DNA of 64,000 nucleotides, taken from assembly GCA_951406725.2 (NCBI GenBank), contig OX597817.1:125302001-125366000 (forward strand). The letters are read 5' to 3'. The stretch is from Octopus vulgaris (Eukaryota). Under the pieces are notes generated by a model. It was given only the letters and a program-made list of their open reading frames with translations, did no database searches and had not been told where the DNA came from. The position numbers and the translations under genes are program-made. Shown piece by piece: positions 27,241-40,480 of the stretch; position 1 is the stretch's first letter, and each line of letters opens with the position of its first letter.

Positions 27241-27800
27241 GTGACGCATATTTGTCATTTGAATATGGCTAACCCCTAAGGGTGGATGCTACTGTAGTTT
27301 GTAGCCCCAAGAAGATATCTCCTCCAGCTGGCTATAGACACACTATCTGTGCCCTATCAGTATTTGTGAAGGGAAGTCATCATTCCCGTCTTCAACTTAT
27401 GATACACACGGACTCGAGTTTCAAGGTGTTTACCTATCATCAGCGTGTGACGATCATAGTTGTCAACGAGAATTCGGTTTCCCTCACAAATACATATACT
27501 TTTTCCAGTGTCGATTGACACTGATATTGAAAAAGTGAAATCAAACAATGATAAATCTCAGTAGCATCCACCCTTAGGGGTTAGCCATATTCAAATGGCA
27601 AATATGCGTCACGATGTGTTACCGCTAATTGCAGCGTGGAAGGTATTTATAAGCCATTTAAGAAACACACAAAAGCCGTTCGATTCACTTCAACATGTGT
27701 GTTTCTTAAATGGCTTATAAACACCTTCCACGCTGCAATTGTTTTCGTTTCAGCACACGATCTCAGATCAAATTACTTGCTATGCGAGTACATCTCCCTA
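27241..27800. repeat. Two adjacent inverted repeats, PLE pseudo-LTR derived
   Basis: Arms 27241-27294/27559-27612 (54 bp, 1 mismatch) and 27627-27671/27696-27740 (45 bp, 1 mismatch); a hammerhead lies inside the first loop. Confidence 0.85.
27405..27449 (-). ncRNA. Minimal type I hammerhead ribozyme (PLE-type)
   Basis: CACACG-CUGAUGA-u-AGGU-aaac-ACCU-u-GAAA-CUCGAG-UC-CGUGUG: 6 bp stem I, intact core, palindromic stem III (ACUCGAGU), GUC cleavage triplet. Confidence 0.88.
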
Positions 27801-27824
27801 TATATATATATCTACATATATATT

Positions 27825-27855
<31 letters not shown>

Positions 27856-30734
27856 CTGTATAACATGCTTCATTCGCTTTCTGTCTACTAAATCCACTCA
27901 AAAAACTTTGGTCAGCCTCAAATATAATAGAAGACACTTGGCCAAGGTGTGTATGTTTGGGATTCTTTACCTTAACATCACATAGTTGTAAAGGAGAGTC
28001 ACTATCATACAGACAGAATCATTCCATTCCTGTCCACTACTCTGCTAAACATATCAGGACATGAGGAAATATTATCTTGCTTGGAAGCAAGTGATGGATG
28101 GCAACACGGAGGCATCTGGCTATAGAATATCCATTTCAATAAACTCTATGGTAACATAGAAAAATGGATGCTAGAATCATGATAATAATGACTATGTTTT
28201 GCTTAGGAGCAAGGGATATTTGTATTTTTGTTTTAATTACATTGATTTAAATGTTTTATAATAAACTACATTAAATGCAATGCTATTAATTATATGGTAA
28301 CATACGATAAAATATATTTTGAAAATGCAAATTAATAACATTTAAAGCAAAATGTAATACATGTAAATTGAGTTTTTAATTACTCATCAGGGATTGTATT
28401 TTCCAAAACAGCATTTGAATGATTGATATCAACACAAACGTCTAACATTTAACATAGTCTCCCAAATACATATCCATGATTAAAAGACTTGATATTGTTT
28501 TACATAGCATTAGGGCACAAAAATTGAACTTATAGCAATAAGTGACTGAGAATTGAAATAGTCTTTGTTGTGCATATTTTTTTTACAAATTTGAGCACTT
28601 TTCTATTGCAGTTTTCTGTATTTCAGGAGAATTGTTTTGTTTCAAACAGATTTAAAATTTTTGTTTCATGAGTTCATTCCATTCCTTTCTGTAGCTTTTT
28701 AAGTGCCTTGGAGAGTTTATTTTTCTCCAAGTCAGAAAAACTTCCATTGTACTGGATGATCAGGCTAAATATGTCAGTTCATATAAAAAGGAAAGAAAAC
28801 ACAATATGGCACCTAGATAAAGAAAAATTGTTTAAAAAATGAAAAAAAATATCAACTAGATTATTGGATTTTATTTTGCAAGACAGGCCCTAGTGATTTC
28901 CTGTGCTCGAGAAAACCTGCCCGGCAAAGGAAAATCCATGACCATTGCCCCCTTCCTGTTCTACAACACATCCATGCTCCCCTCTTTTCTCCCGCATGTG
29001 TCCACTACCTATCTGCACAAAATATACCCCTGTTAAATCCCTTCCCCCACTTCTAGCTCAGACTCACCTTTCTAAGTCTTGTCAACTTACCTGCCTACCT
29101 ACCCTCTGGAGTAATAAGTAGCACTCATGAACTTAAGAGGTCCTTTGAGACTAGAGAACTGAATACCATTAAGGTCTGAGTTAAACTGTTACAGGTCAAT
29201 AAATGTAGAAATGCAATATGCAAGGAGTAGAATCCGGGGGATTGATGATCCCAGGCAAAAAGACTTGACATGTTGGTTAGCATAGGGTTAGTTAGATTAG
29301 ATGTAACAAAGGTAAGGAGAAACAGTGAAATGAATGTGATAGCCTATTTGAGTGGTGGATGTATGACAATTTTCAGCTCAGGGTTACAGTGGCCCTTACA
29401 ATAATGATAGAAGAGATGGGGAGAGGAGACAGCACACCTAGAAGCTAAAACCTGGAGCATGTAATCTACAAATCATTGTTATTTTAATGTCCACTTTTTT
29501 CATGCTTACATAGAAACTTTCTTTCTGTTCAGCATTAACTTTTGTAATCTGTGAAAACTGACTTACCTATTTTCTGAAGTATATACCTCACTTTATATGT
29601 TACTTTGCCATTCTCATTCTCATGTACATTGCTCTGAATATTTGACTTTCAGGTTTTATAATATGACTGTTTGAGGCTTTCCTTATCTGGTGTAATTTAG
29701 CACTGTGAACTGAACAATACTGATTTACATAAAATTTCCTTAAAATTGATGGGGGTAAAAACAGAAAACAAACAGCTCATTTTGTCTTTAGAAGAAACAG
29801 TATACAATTGCAGCTCTCAATCCTCAATAAAAGCTTCAGTATTCATTTCATACTCATCCCCACATATTCAACAAATTTGGAGGGGATAAGATAGGTTAAA
29901 AGATGTGGTCAAAAGCACAAAATACTCAAATAGTAATTAAATTCTAACAAAAAATTTCTAATGACATCAAATCAGGAATACACTCAGAGATTAGACAATA
30001 TAGTATTGCTAAATACTTATTACATTTCAAATGTGGTATGGCTTTGCATGTTTTTGGCAACACATGAACTTTCTATACTTGCAAGATTGCTGTAATGGAA
30101 ATTTTGATTTCATAGATATTTCTGTGATAAGAATGTTTAAGAACATTTGATAAATGAAATACGTTGCAATAAAATGGCCACATTTTAGAACTTTAGTAGC
30201 TGGTATAAAGCTTAAAGTCTTCAGATTCCTGATCACTAGGTTTGGTTAATGAAGACCCAATATAAATGCTTGAACTGCCTGAAATATTGGCAAAATTTCT
30301 TTCAGATTCACCCTACCATTTTAAAAGAGTAAGGCACTTTGGGCAACATGGTGCAAGATAAACTATCTGAAAATGACATGGTCATAGATAGAATAGCATC
30401 GAAAATATTTATATTCAAAGTGACAATTTCTTTTCACCAAACTTCAAACCTCATCAAAAAAAAACATGCACAGAGTGCATGCGTGCACACACACAAAAAC
30501 ACACACACACACATGCATGCATTTTATTTGGGGATGAGAGAAATTATAACCAATCATATAACTTTGGTTTTTTGTAACTAAAAAAAAATAAATGGTTTAT
30601 TCTTGAAAGAATTGCACTTAGAAACATGAAACACTGAACTGGATATAAAGTGTCTATCTGTGTGAAATTTACATTTGTATCACCAAATATTTCATAATCA
30701 AAGAAAGAGTGCAGGGAAATATCTATGGGTTGTG

Positions 30735-31530
30735 GACTATCCAACGTTTCGGACAGAGTCCTTCATCATGATAATGTTGACAGGAGTAAAATAATAATAA
30801 AACAACAGAAGTTTGTCCTTTTTATTTAAGAAACTGGTTGCAATTGATGAGGAATGTAAAGCAATGAGAGTTTGCATTCATTGATAGGATGTGGCAGAAA
30901 GGAAAAACATTGTGAGAAAGAGAAGTTGAGAGAAAGAGAGAAGTGGAAAGAGTAAGATAGAAGGGAAAATTGGGGTGAAAAGGAAGCTGAAGGATAACAA
31001 TATAATTGTTGAAGCAAAAGGGAAAAACATCCATTTAAACCTATCAGTAACATGTTTCTGTGTTTGATTTGAAACATTATTTCTTTCATTTCCTTTAGTA
31101 TGCAGATCCTTGATGTGTAGAGATGCCACTCACTGACAAATAAAAGGTGGAATGGCCTGCTGTGTAAAGGAAGTAGCGGTAGGTAAACCAGATATACATA
31201 GACGTGTGCCTTGAATATTCTCCCATTTTTTTCTAAATCATATATGTTACCAACACAGATCACCACAAGTCTGTTTAGATTCTGATTTATCTAATATTTC
31301 ATAGTTGATCTGATGGCATATTTTGATATTGCTATCTAGTTTATTGTTACTTTCTTGGTGTTATGATTCTAATATTTGCCTACATTTCTCTAGTAATTAT
31401 TTCTGTTTGGAATAGGTGTTAAGTCAGTTTCTAGGTAAGTAAGTATAGTGTCAAGTGAAATGTTAAATAGTATATTGGTGCTAGTTTCATTAATTTCTTT
31501 GCGATGAAATGCAAAATCAATAGTAGCAAT
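30735..31530 (-). mobile_element. Old Penelope-like relic with degenerate hammerhead at its 3' end
   Basis: Minus-strand fragments NKLDSNIK, FKAHVY and SRIC; at 30737-30773, tatcATGATGA-aggac-tct-gtcc-GAAACGTT-ggatag. Confidence 0.5.
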
Positions 31531-33289
31531 GTAGAAAATTTCTTGTTTTACTTATTAAACATAACCAAGATAAAAAAAATATCTAATCAAACATTTAGTT
31601 CTTGATGATTAATTAATCCAATTAGTAAGTTTGCTACAACTTGGAACATGGTGACATACAGAATACAGTCTGATTTCTCCATCGTCTTTTACTGTCTTTT
31701 ATCTAGCTGATTCATTCATTACTAGCTGAAATGTTTGAGCATAAAAATAAGGATTTCTAGCACAGGTAAAAAACCTCAAATTTAGGGATTGGAGTGCAGT
31801 CATTTCAATCAAATCTGATCTCTAGTTGTTTACTGTTAACTACTTTACAAACACTGCTTCGATGTAAAACAATGAGGATTTGAACTTAGAATATAAAAGG
31901 AGATTATTAAATGTTGTAAGGTATTGCTTCTGCCAATCAACTCTACCTATTTTACCAATTGATCAACCATTTATATATTAAATCATCAACAGCTGAATTT
32001 AAAATTGAAAATTGGTCTGGAACTAACTATTTGACGTCCATGGGATTCAGAAATTATATGAATAATTTTCATTAATATGATTTGAATTAATATCTGTTTG
32101 AATAAATTTCATTTTTAGAGTCTTCATAAGAATTTAATATTCTTTGTAAGTAATGGACTTGTTGAAAGTTTATAATGAATATGAATATTTAATAACTGTC
32201 TTAAGTCTGCATAGATGATGGAAAATAGTAATTGTTTACATTTTGCAATTAATAAAATTATTATCTTTATTATTATTGTTAGTACTATTATCATTGTTTG
32301 AAAAGGCTAGCAGAATCATTATAGCATTGGACGAAATACAATGTGGTATTTTGGCTCTTCTGGCACTTTGCATTCTCACACTTGCATTCTGGTTTCATAT
32401 CTCACCAAAGTCAACTCTGGTTTGTCATTTCAGGATTTAAAAAGATTAAGTGCCTGCCATGTACTGGTATCAGTGACATTGACTAGTTCCTTTCCATAAA
32501 TTTGCTGGCTTGTGCTTAAATCAAAAATAACATGAGTATTATTAAGAGCAGCAGCTGGCAGAATTGGTAAAGTACAAGGCAAAATATCTTGCTGCATTTA
32601 GCTATGTCTCATCATGTTTTGTGTTCAAATCCTGATAGATTAAATTTGCTTTCTTCCTTTCTGGAGACGGGTAGCTATAAAAGGCATACAAGTTGAGTTC
32701 TAGGGTCCAATATATTAATTATACTTTTCCAATCCTAAACATGCATACACACATATATGCATTCACTTTCTGGTACATTGAAAGTGTGTCCTGGCACACC
32801 CACCATCTTTATCTGTCTTTCCAGTACACTCTTCTGCCTTTATATAATTCTAGGTAATTTTGTATCTTCTCCACTGAAAGATACATGCTCCTGTGCTTGT
32901 ATCATACTTTAACCACTTCAAAACTGGTATAGTCACCTCTCTCTCAACTGTACTTCTGACACTCAATCAAGGCAGATTTTTGTTTTGTCTTGTTTGGCAC
33001 TTGTTGACCTCTGTAGTGTTGATGCCAAGAAAATAGCACCTGGTTAATTTTGTAATGAGATTGGGATCAGAAAGGACATCCAGTAATAGAAACTATGTCA
33101 AAGTGAATATTGCAGCTCAAAGCAATTCTCTAGCTTCTCAGAATTGTTGACTCATCCAACCCATGGTAGGTAGCTGTTAAATGATACACATGTTCATATA
33201 TATACACACACACACACACATATATAATTGTGTGTGTGTGTGTGTGTGCACGTGTGTGAGAAAACAGAAAATGAGAGACAGAGAGAGAG

Positions 33290-34730
33290 TCACTTACTGT
33301 AAGAAAGTTGGGGTGTTTCCTCCTCAGTTTCTGCGAGGAGATTTTTTGTATAGTTTTTTTAGATAAATGTTTTTGAAATCTCCCTACTGCATTTGGGTAG
33401 AGAGATTTCATTAATTTGTGTGTGTATTGTGTGGTGTGTACTATTTGTATGTGTTGTGGTGGGGCTGTGCATGGGTAGCTATTTTTTAAAAATTGTTCTC
33501 TGTCATGTCAGTGTGCGACCTGATGTATTGCATCAGGTTCAAATTGTTCATGTTAATTGCTATTAACATTGTAGGGCCACTTGGTGTTTGTGTGTTTGTA
33601 GTGTCGTTGTTTGAACTGTTGTCATGTGTGGCAGTCTTGTTATCAGGAGTGGTATATCTCCCTGCTTTGTTTGATAGGGTGGTTATTGTGTTTTCCCACT
33701 TTTTTTCTTCTCCCCACTGTGGCCATTTGCCATTCTTCTGTTTCTCCTTCATTAGCTGACATGTCAGAGGAATCAGAAAATGGGAGGGGAAGGGTATTGG
33801 GGTCGTTTTGTGTGTGTGTAAATGTTAACGTTGTTGTTGTTTGTGCTGGTTGATGGCTGTTAGGATGTGGTGTATGGGTTGTTGGGGTGAGGGGTTAGTC
33901 TTTTCCTTTTTTCCTGGATTTGGTGCTTCTTCTTCTGTTGTTGTTCGCGGTGGTGGTGATGGTGTTATTTCTGTTCTTGATGGCGCTGATCGTTGGTTTG
34001 TTGGTTGGTGGAGTTGATTCATCTGTTAGTAGAGCTGTTTTATCTGTTGTGCTGATGGCGGTGTGGGTAACAGTGCTGGTTGTTGTGTTTTATTCTTATT
34101 TTGTTGCTGTTGTTGTGCTAATTTGCTAATTTAAGATGGTTTTTGCTACCACAAAGGTAGCAACGTGGTCTTCTGCCTTCAACGGCCACATGTAAGGTCG
34201 TGCCATTTTGAAGTTTTATTAAATCTGAGAGATTTTCAGTTGTCTCTTGATTTGCCTGGATTAAGAGCTCTAACTCCTGTCCAACCCAGTTTTGCTGTTC
34301 CAGGACACCAATTTCTAATATATTCATTTCTTCTTCAAAATCATAATCGATTGCTGACACCAACCGTCTTATTTCTATCTCAGGGGCACATCTTTAATTC
34401 TTCTCTTCATCACCCGACGGCCGAGGTAAGTGGGAATCAGTTCCTCACATTCCAGAGATCTTGTTGAGAATTCTCTTGTGAGCTCTTCTGCGTCGAATCT
34501 TACCTTGATCGTGGCAAATCTTTTGCTCCTTGCGATAAATTTTTTGCAATGCCATATGGGCCATAGACACTTTTCAACTGTTTGTTGAGTAGCCTGTTCC
34601 AGTCTTTTAGCTTTTATGTTCAGTGTTTTATAAATTATGCTTTTTTTTTTTAAATGTCCTACAAAATATTTTGAGGAATGTTTACTTTTATTGTTCTGTC
34701 TTCCTTGTTTAATAACTGTTTGCACTGTAG
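33290..34730 (-). mobile_element. L1/Tx1-like ORF1 (gag-like, CCHC knuckle) relic
   Basis: ORFs 34375..34725 and 34118..34363: PTYLGRRV..IKDVP and LHVAVEGRRPRCYLCGSKNHLK, followed by low-complexity T/P/Q-rich coding; frameshifted, with no ORF2. Confidence 0.65.
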
Positions 34731-34789
34731 TAGTTCCTTCGTTAAGAAGTTCACGAGATGTCTTTTTTGCAAAATAGAAGCAAAATTAC

Positions 34790-35400
34790 TTTGTTTGTTC
34801 ATGCTGGTGGTGCCAGTGTTGTGGCCTTCCTGAAGCCAATCAGTTTATAAAGTTTGCTAGGTGCTTTTATGTGCCACCAGCATGGATGCATTTATGCAGC
34901 ACTGGCTCAAGTGTATTTTATATGGCACGGACACTTGTAAAGAACAAGCCTGTATATATGGATGGCAGTGAATTTACTTGACTCAATGTGTCTTCTCAAG
35001 TAAAGCAAATTGCCACAGCTCCCAGTTGCATGTCATTTTGTCAGGGAGGCACAGTGTTTGAAAATCTTTTCTCGCCACTTTGTCCCACATTTTCCTGAGT
35101 CTAGCCCTTCCACAGGTTCCTTCCACAATTAGAGCTCAGCAGTTCAATTCTTTATGCAACTATCCTCATCCATATGCATCACATAACCAGACCAGTGCAG
35201 TCTTCTCTCTTGCATACAAGAGAGAAGACTCTTATACCCAGTTTTTCTTTTAAATCATTTGCATTCTGTCATGTGTGCACACTGACATTATCCATCCAGC
35301 ACAGCATGATAGCTTAATTTCTTTCAAGCCTTCACAAATCCTCTGTTGTCAAGGCCCATGTTTCACTGTCATGTAGCACCAACACCAATACCACATGTAC
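34790..35400 (-). mobile_element. RTE-clade LINE 3' relic
   Basis: LHDSETWALTTEDL..RLERN..W, then GTCGRARLRK; the aaaagcacc repeat units are shared with 1523-2306. Confidence 0.75.
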
Positions 35401-36551
35401 AACCACCATTACAATCATCATCTTCCTGCTCCTCATCATCATCAACAACAACAACAACATCCTTATTACCCTCCTTCTCCTCCTCATCACTGCTACCTCC
35501 ACCACCACCATCATGATTGTGGAGTGGCAGAAAAAGAGATTGCTGAAAGAAATGTGCTTGGCTTGTGTGTGTGTATGCATATGTGTGTGTGTGCACGCAT
35601 GCATGTATGTGTTTGTGTGTATGTGCATGCATATAGCCTTCTCTCTTTCTCTCCCCTTCTCTCTCCTTTCTTTGGGGAAAATATAAAACACCTAAAAGTA
35701 TGTCACTAGACAAATGTGGCTGGAGACATCATTCCTATCTTATCTGTCAAACCCTCATCATATGTGAATTCAGAAGCATTCAAAACCATTACCGATGATT
35801 TTAATGTTATTGATGATGACATCAATATTACATTTTATTGCTACTGTAATCAAGACATATAAATCAATCATTCTTCCTCCCCCTTTTCCTTCTTCCCCTA
35901 CTCTCTCTCTCTCTCTCTCTCACTCTCTCTTTCTTTCTTTCTCTCTCTTTCTTTCAACTTTATATAGTTTGTGGCAGAATGAAAAGTTAAAAGAGTAACT
36001 ATAACCAAATACAGATAATGTCAAGTAAGATGGGCAAACTACATTATATATATCCAGAGACATAAGATTTGATATGATGTCAACCTAAATAGCTGAAGGG
36101 TCGATGGTTTGCAACACCATACGGCCACTCAGCTATGTCCTTCGACAAAACTTCTGACATTCATTTGTGTAGTTCACTTATTATACATATATACATACAA
36201 ACATATATTTGTGCATATATACATACATACATGTTAATACATATACTCACACCACATATACACATATATATGTATATGTATATCATATGTATACTTATAT
36301 ACAATATATATAGCATTTCGATGTATAATGTATACATCATAAGTAAGGTGGTGCACAGACAGAATTGTTAGCGCTTTGGGCAAAATGCTTAGCAGTATAT
36401 AATGTTCTGAGTTCAAATGCTGTACAAGCTATCAGCCTATATTATTTATATTTTTATAATTGACATTGGTTTGGCTTTAAAAAATTTGTGTAAGAACATT
36501 TACATATATTAGACTCTGTGCCATAAATATTATACTATACTGATCTCTCAT

Positions 36552-36582
<31 letters not shown>

Positions 36583-36689
36583 GATGGATGGTTGGTTGGG
36601 TGGATAGATAGACACCGATATTGTTATTTATAGCTATATACATGTATACATATATATATTTATACAAGCAAAGATTTTCATCACCTGTT

Positions 36690-36920
36690 GATATCTCTTG
36701 CCTTGGGCTCAGTCACAGAATTTCCTCTCATAGAAATTCCATCCTATGATGCAACAGAGGCAGATCCACACAACCACAGCTGCTTGTTGTAAGAAGACAC
36801 TATGAATAAAATTAGAAACAGTCACCAACGTATTTGTGGATTTCTCAAAGGCTTGTGATTGTGTTGAGAGAAGGACCATGTAAACCCATAAAGTTTTACG
36901 TAAAGCATAGATGGTCCAAT
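36690..36920 (+). mobile_element. Non-LTR RT relic
   Basis: RGRSTQPQLLVVRR and VFVDFSKACDCVERRTM (RT motif FVDFxKAFD). Confidence 0.5.
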
Positions 36921-37117
36921 AATGTGTTTCCAAAAAGAGCTGGAGTATTTTAGCAATATACATTAGCTTCTTTTCTCCTTCTGATTCTGGTGGGCAACAT
37001 CCTTATTCAATGTTCTGAAACCTCTAATAAAAAAGCTTCATCAAAATAGGAGCAATGAAACCACCATCTGCGCAAACCTTGACACTGTTTTTTGACAATC
37101 ATTGTACCCATATAAGT

Positions 37118-37500
37118 GGAGGCGCAATGGCCCAGTGGTTAGGGCAGCGGACTCGCGGTCATAGGATCGTGGTTTCGATTCCCAGACCGGGCGTTGTGAG
37201 TGTTTATTGAGCGAAAACACCTAAAAGCTCCACGAGGCTCCGGCAGGGGATGGTGGTGATCCCTGCTGTACTCTTTCACCACAACTTTCTCTCACTCTTA
37301 CTTCCTGTTTCTGTTGTACCTGTATTTCAAGGGGCTGGCCTTGTCACTCTCTGTGTCACGCTGAAGATCCCCGAGAACTACGTTAAGGGTGCACGTGTCT
37401 GTGGAGTGCTCAACCACTTACACGTTAATTTCACGAGCAGGCTGTTCCGTTGATTTGGATCAACCGGAACCCTCATCGTCGTAACCGACGGAGTGCTTCC
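37118..37500 (+). mobile_element. SINE family B, tail type 2 (young)
   Basis: Near-identical to 14696; TSD acccatataa at 37106-37115 and 37501-37510. Confidence 0.92.
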
Positions 37501-37544
37501 ACCCATATAAAGAAAGAAGGAAAACATCATACATGCACACACAT

Positions 37545-37594
<50 letters not shown>

Positions 37595-40092
37595 TGATGG
37601 AAACACATCCACATGCACTCACATACACACATATATGGCAATCTTTTCTTGTTTTTCTGTAATTTCACTCAGAAGTATTAGTCAACCTGTAGTTATAATG
37701 CTGGACATATGAGAGTGAACTCAAACTGCAAGATTCCCCAGTAAAATTCATTCTTAATGACGCAGCCATACTTGTATAAGTGTGCATATTTGTTTGTGTG
37801 TGTGTGTATGTGTGTTTGCATGTGTGTGGTAATTATTTATATTACTGCTTTAAAAAAAAACTGATGCAAAAAACTGCTAACACATTTCTTTTGTTGCCAA
37901 ATGCAAAATATTGATGTTCCTGTACTCCATCTGAAACTGGAATCTGCATTTATTCATTTATCGATCTTAATAAGTGCCTATGTGTGATGTTTCATTATCA
38001 ACATATGATCACCATTAAACTCAATATGGCTCAGACAGCTACCTGCAGATATTTATATCTAAACAGATAGGCATGAATTTCTTCAATGCTAGTATCCATA
38101 TTGTTTATTTAAATTCAAAATACACTTACCTATTTTTTTCTGTTTAATCTGGCAGCTCATTAATCAAATAGTTATCTGTTTAATCTATGCTAACAAGTAT
38201 CCCTATTTGGTCTTACTTCACTGAAGCATGACTAGCTAAAATCCAAAGAGAGTTGGAATATAACCAAGAAATCCAATTGAATGTCTATTCAAGGCTGACA
38301 TAACATTGGCTTCTATTTTGAGATGTCACAGAAAGTAATCAGTTTTCTGCCCCTTGGGTAAAGATCTTCATTAAAAATAATATTGTTTGCTCAAATTTTA
38401 TGAACTGAAGTCAATTTTAGTCTGACATTTAGGCTGATTGAACTAATTAGCTATCTGAAAGCATTTGTTCAGAGCAAGTGTAAACAATTTCTTAAGTATT
38501 TGCAATATATCTCATTGACATTTGGCATAATTAAAGTGAAGTTATAACTGTAGCAACTGTGCCACTTAATGCTTCATTTTAATCTTTTTACGAAGGCTTT
38601 TATGAGGTTTGAAGAAGAATTGCTGTGAAGCAAATCAGGACTGATCCTTCTTACATTAAGTAGGTCTAATTATTACTTAATTATTTCCATTATATAATAT
38701 TATATGACTTCTTGAGGGACAGATGTAAATGGATGCATCAAAAGCATTACAATGATAAGGTTTCTTTACACAGTAATCTAGATGTGGCTAACATTAAACA
38801 TCAAATATATTATTACAGATTTTCTACATTGTTAAAATGCCACTTTTGGCAATTTATTCAAACCAGTGTATGACTGTTTCTTATTTTATTGATCCTAGGA
38901 TAAAAAACAAAAGTCAGCCAAAGGTAGAATTAGAACACAGACTATCAAAGGATGAAAATAAATGTTGCAAACAATATACTGCTGTGTTGTTTGATTTCTG
39001 CCAACACATTGTTCTTGAATGGATCATAAAGAAATCAAGGTAAAATCATTAATTGTGAATTAATAATAATAATTCCTCAAGTAAGCTCATTGAATTAGAA
39101 GCAGTAGGAAATCAGATAAGAGGCATGCAATAATGAAATTTATTATGTTAATTTTTCAAATCTTACCAACTTCAAATTTACCGTTTGTCCCTCTGAGAGG
39201 GAGGAGTAAGATACATTCCATAATTTACAGTATGGTAAGTACAATCAATAAAACCATCTTGTTTTACAGTTTGCTTTATGGCACAGAATTAGGAAAATGT
39301 TTGACAAAATGATTAACAGTGTCACTTTTACATTTTGAGTTTAGATCTCATCAAGCTTGACTCTGCTTTTCATCTATAAACAATTGGTAAAATAAGGACA
39401 ATAATCAATAAACAGAGCATTGTAATTGATTGCCTCTCTCCTCCAAAATGCATAACCTTGCATCACTGTTTTATAGATTCTCTCTGATGGAAACTGAATG
39501 AGTTGAATTAAAAATGCATTTGACAGTTACAGAGGTGAGCAATAATTTGTATCATATCACTAGTGGCAAAATACATTGTTGGTCAAGACGCTTAGCTTTC
39601 AACAGGCTAGTCTACCAAGATGTAAGCATATAACACGAGAGTGAGTAGTATGTCACTATAAACAGTGTCTGAACTGCAAACATTTAGAGCATATTGAAAT
39701 GACCTGTTTTGCAGTGATGTGTTCAAATTGCACCTCTGTTGATACCAGAAGTTCAATAATGCCAATAAACCAATGACTGATCGTTCTGATTGCGAAAAGT
39801 ATAAAAAAAGAAACTGATTTGATCATCAGACAAGGATAATGGGGAAATTAAATAGGAAAAAAGAGAAAATTCTGCATATATGTGTATGTGAGAAAAAGAG
39901 AGACAATACAGAGAAAACTAAAAATAAATAATATTCAACTCATTCTATTACTGGTATTCATCAATTACAAAGATGAAAGATAAAAACTAAGTCTGATGAA
40001 ATTTGTGTTTAGAAATATGTAGCAACAAATGAAAAGAAACTTACTTGAAACTTTTGTTTCTCCGTAAAGTCTATAATACTTTGATTAATAAT

Positions 40093-40480
40093 CTTTTACT
40101 CTTTTACACTTTTACTTGTTTCAGTCATTTGACTGGAGCAGCACCTTTAGTTGAGCAAATCGACCCCAGGACTTATTCTTTGTAAGCCTAGTACTTACTT
40201 TATTGGTCTCTTTTGCCAAACTTCTAAGTTATGGGGACGTAAACATACCAGCATCGATTGTCAAGCGATGTTGGGGAGACAAACACACACACACACATAT
40301 ATATATATACATATATACGACAGGCTTTTTTCAGTTTCTTTCTACCAAATCCACTCACAAGGCTTTGGTCAGCCTGAGACTATAGTAGAAGACACTTGCC
40401 CAAGGTGCCACACAGTGGGACTGAACCCAGAACAATGTGGTTGGTAAGCAAGCTACTTACTACACAGCCACTCCTGTGCC
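40093..40480 (-). mobile_element. SINE family A
   Basis: Reverse complement of 868-1277. Confidence 0.88.

Noticed and set aside
28860-29460. Possible PLE N-terminal relic (PGFYSL)
   Set aside because: A single short motif; insufficient support.
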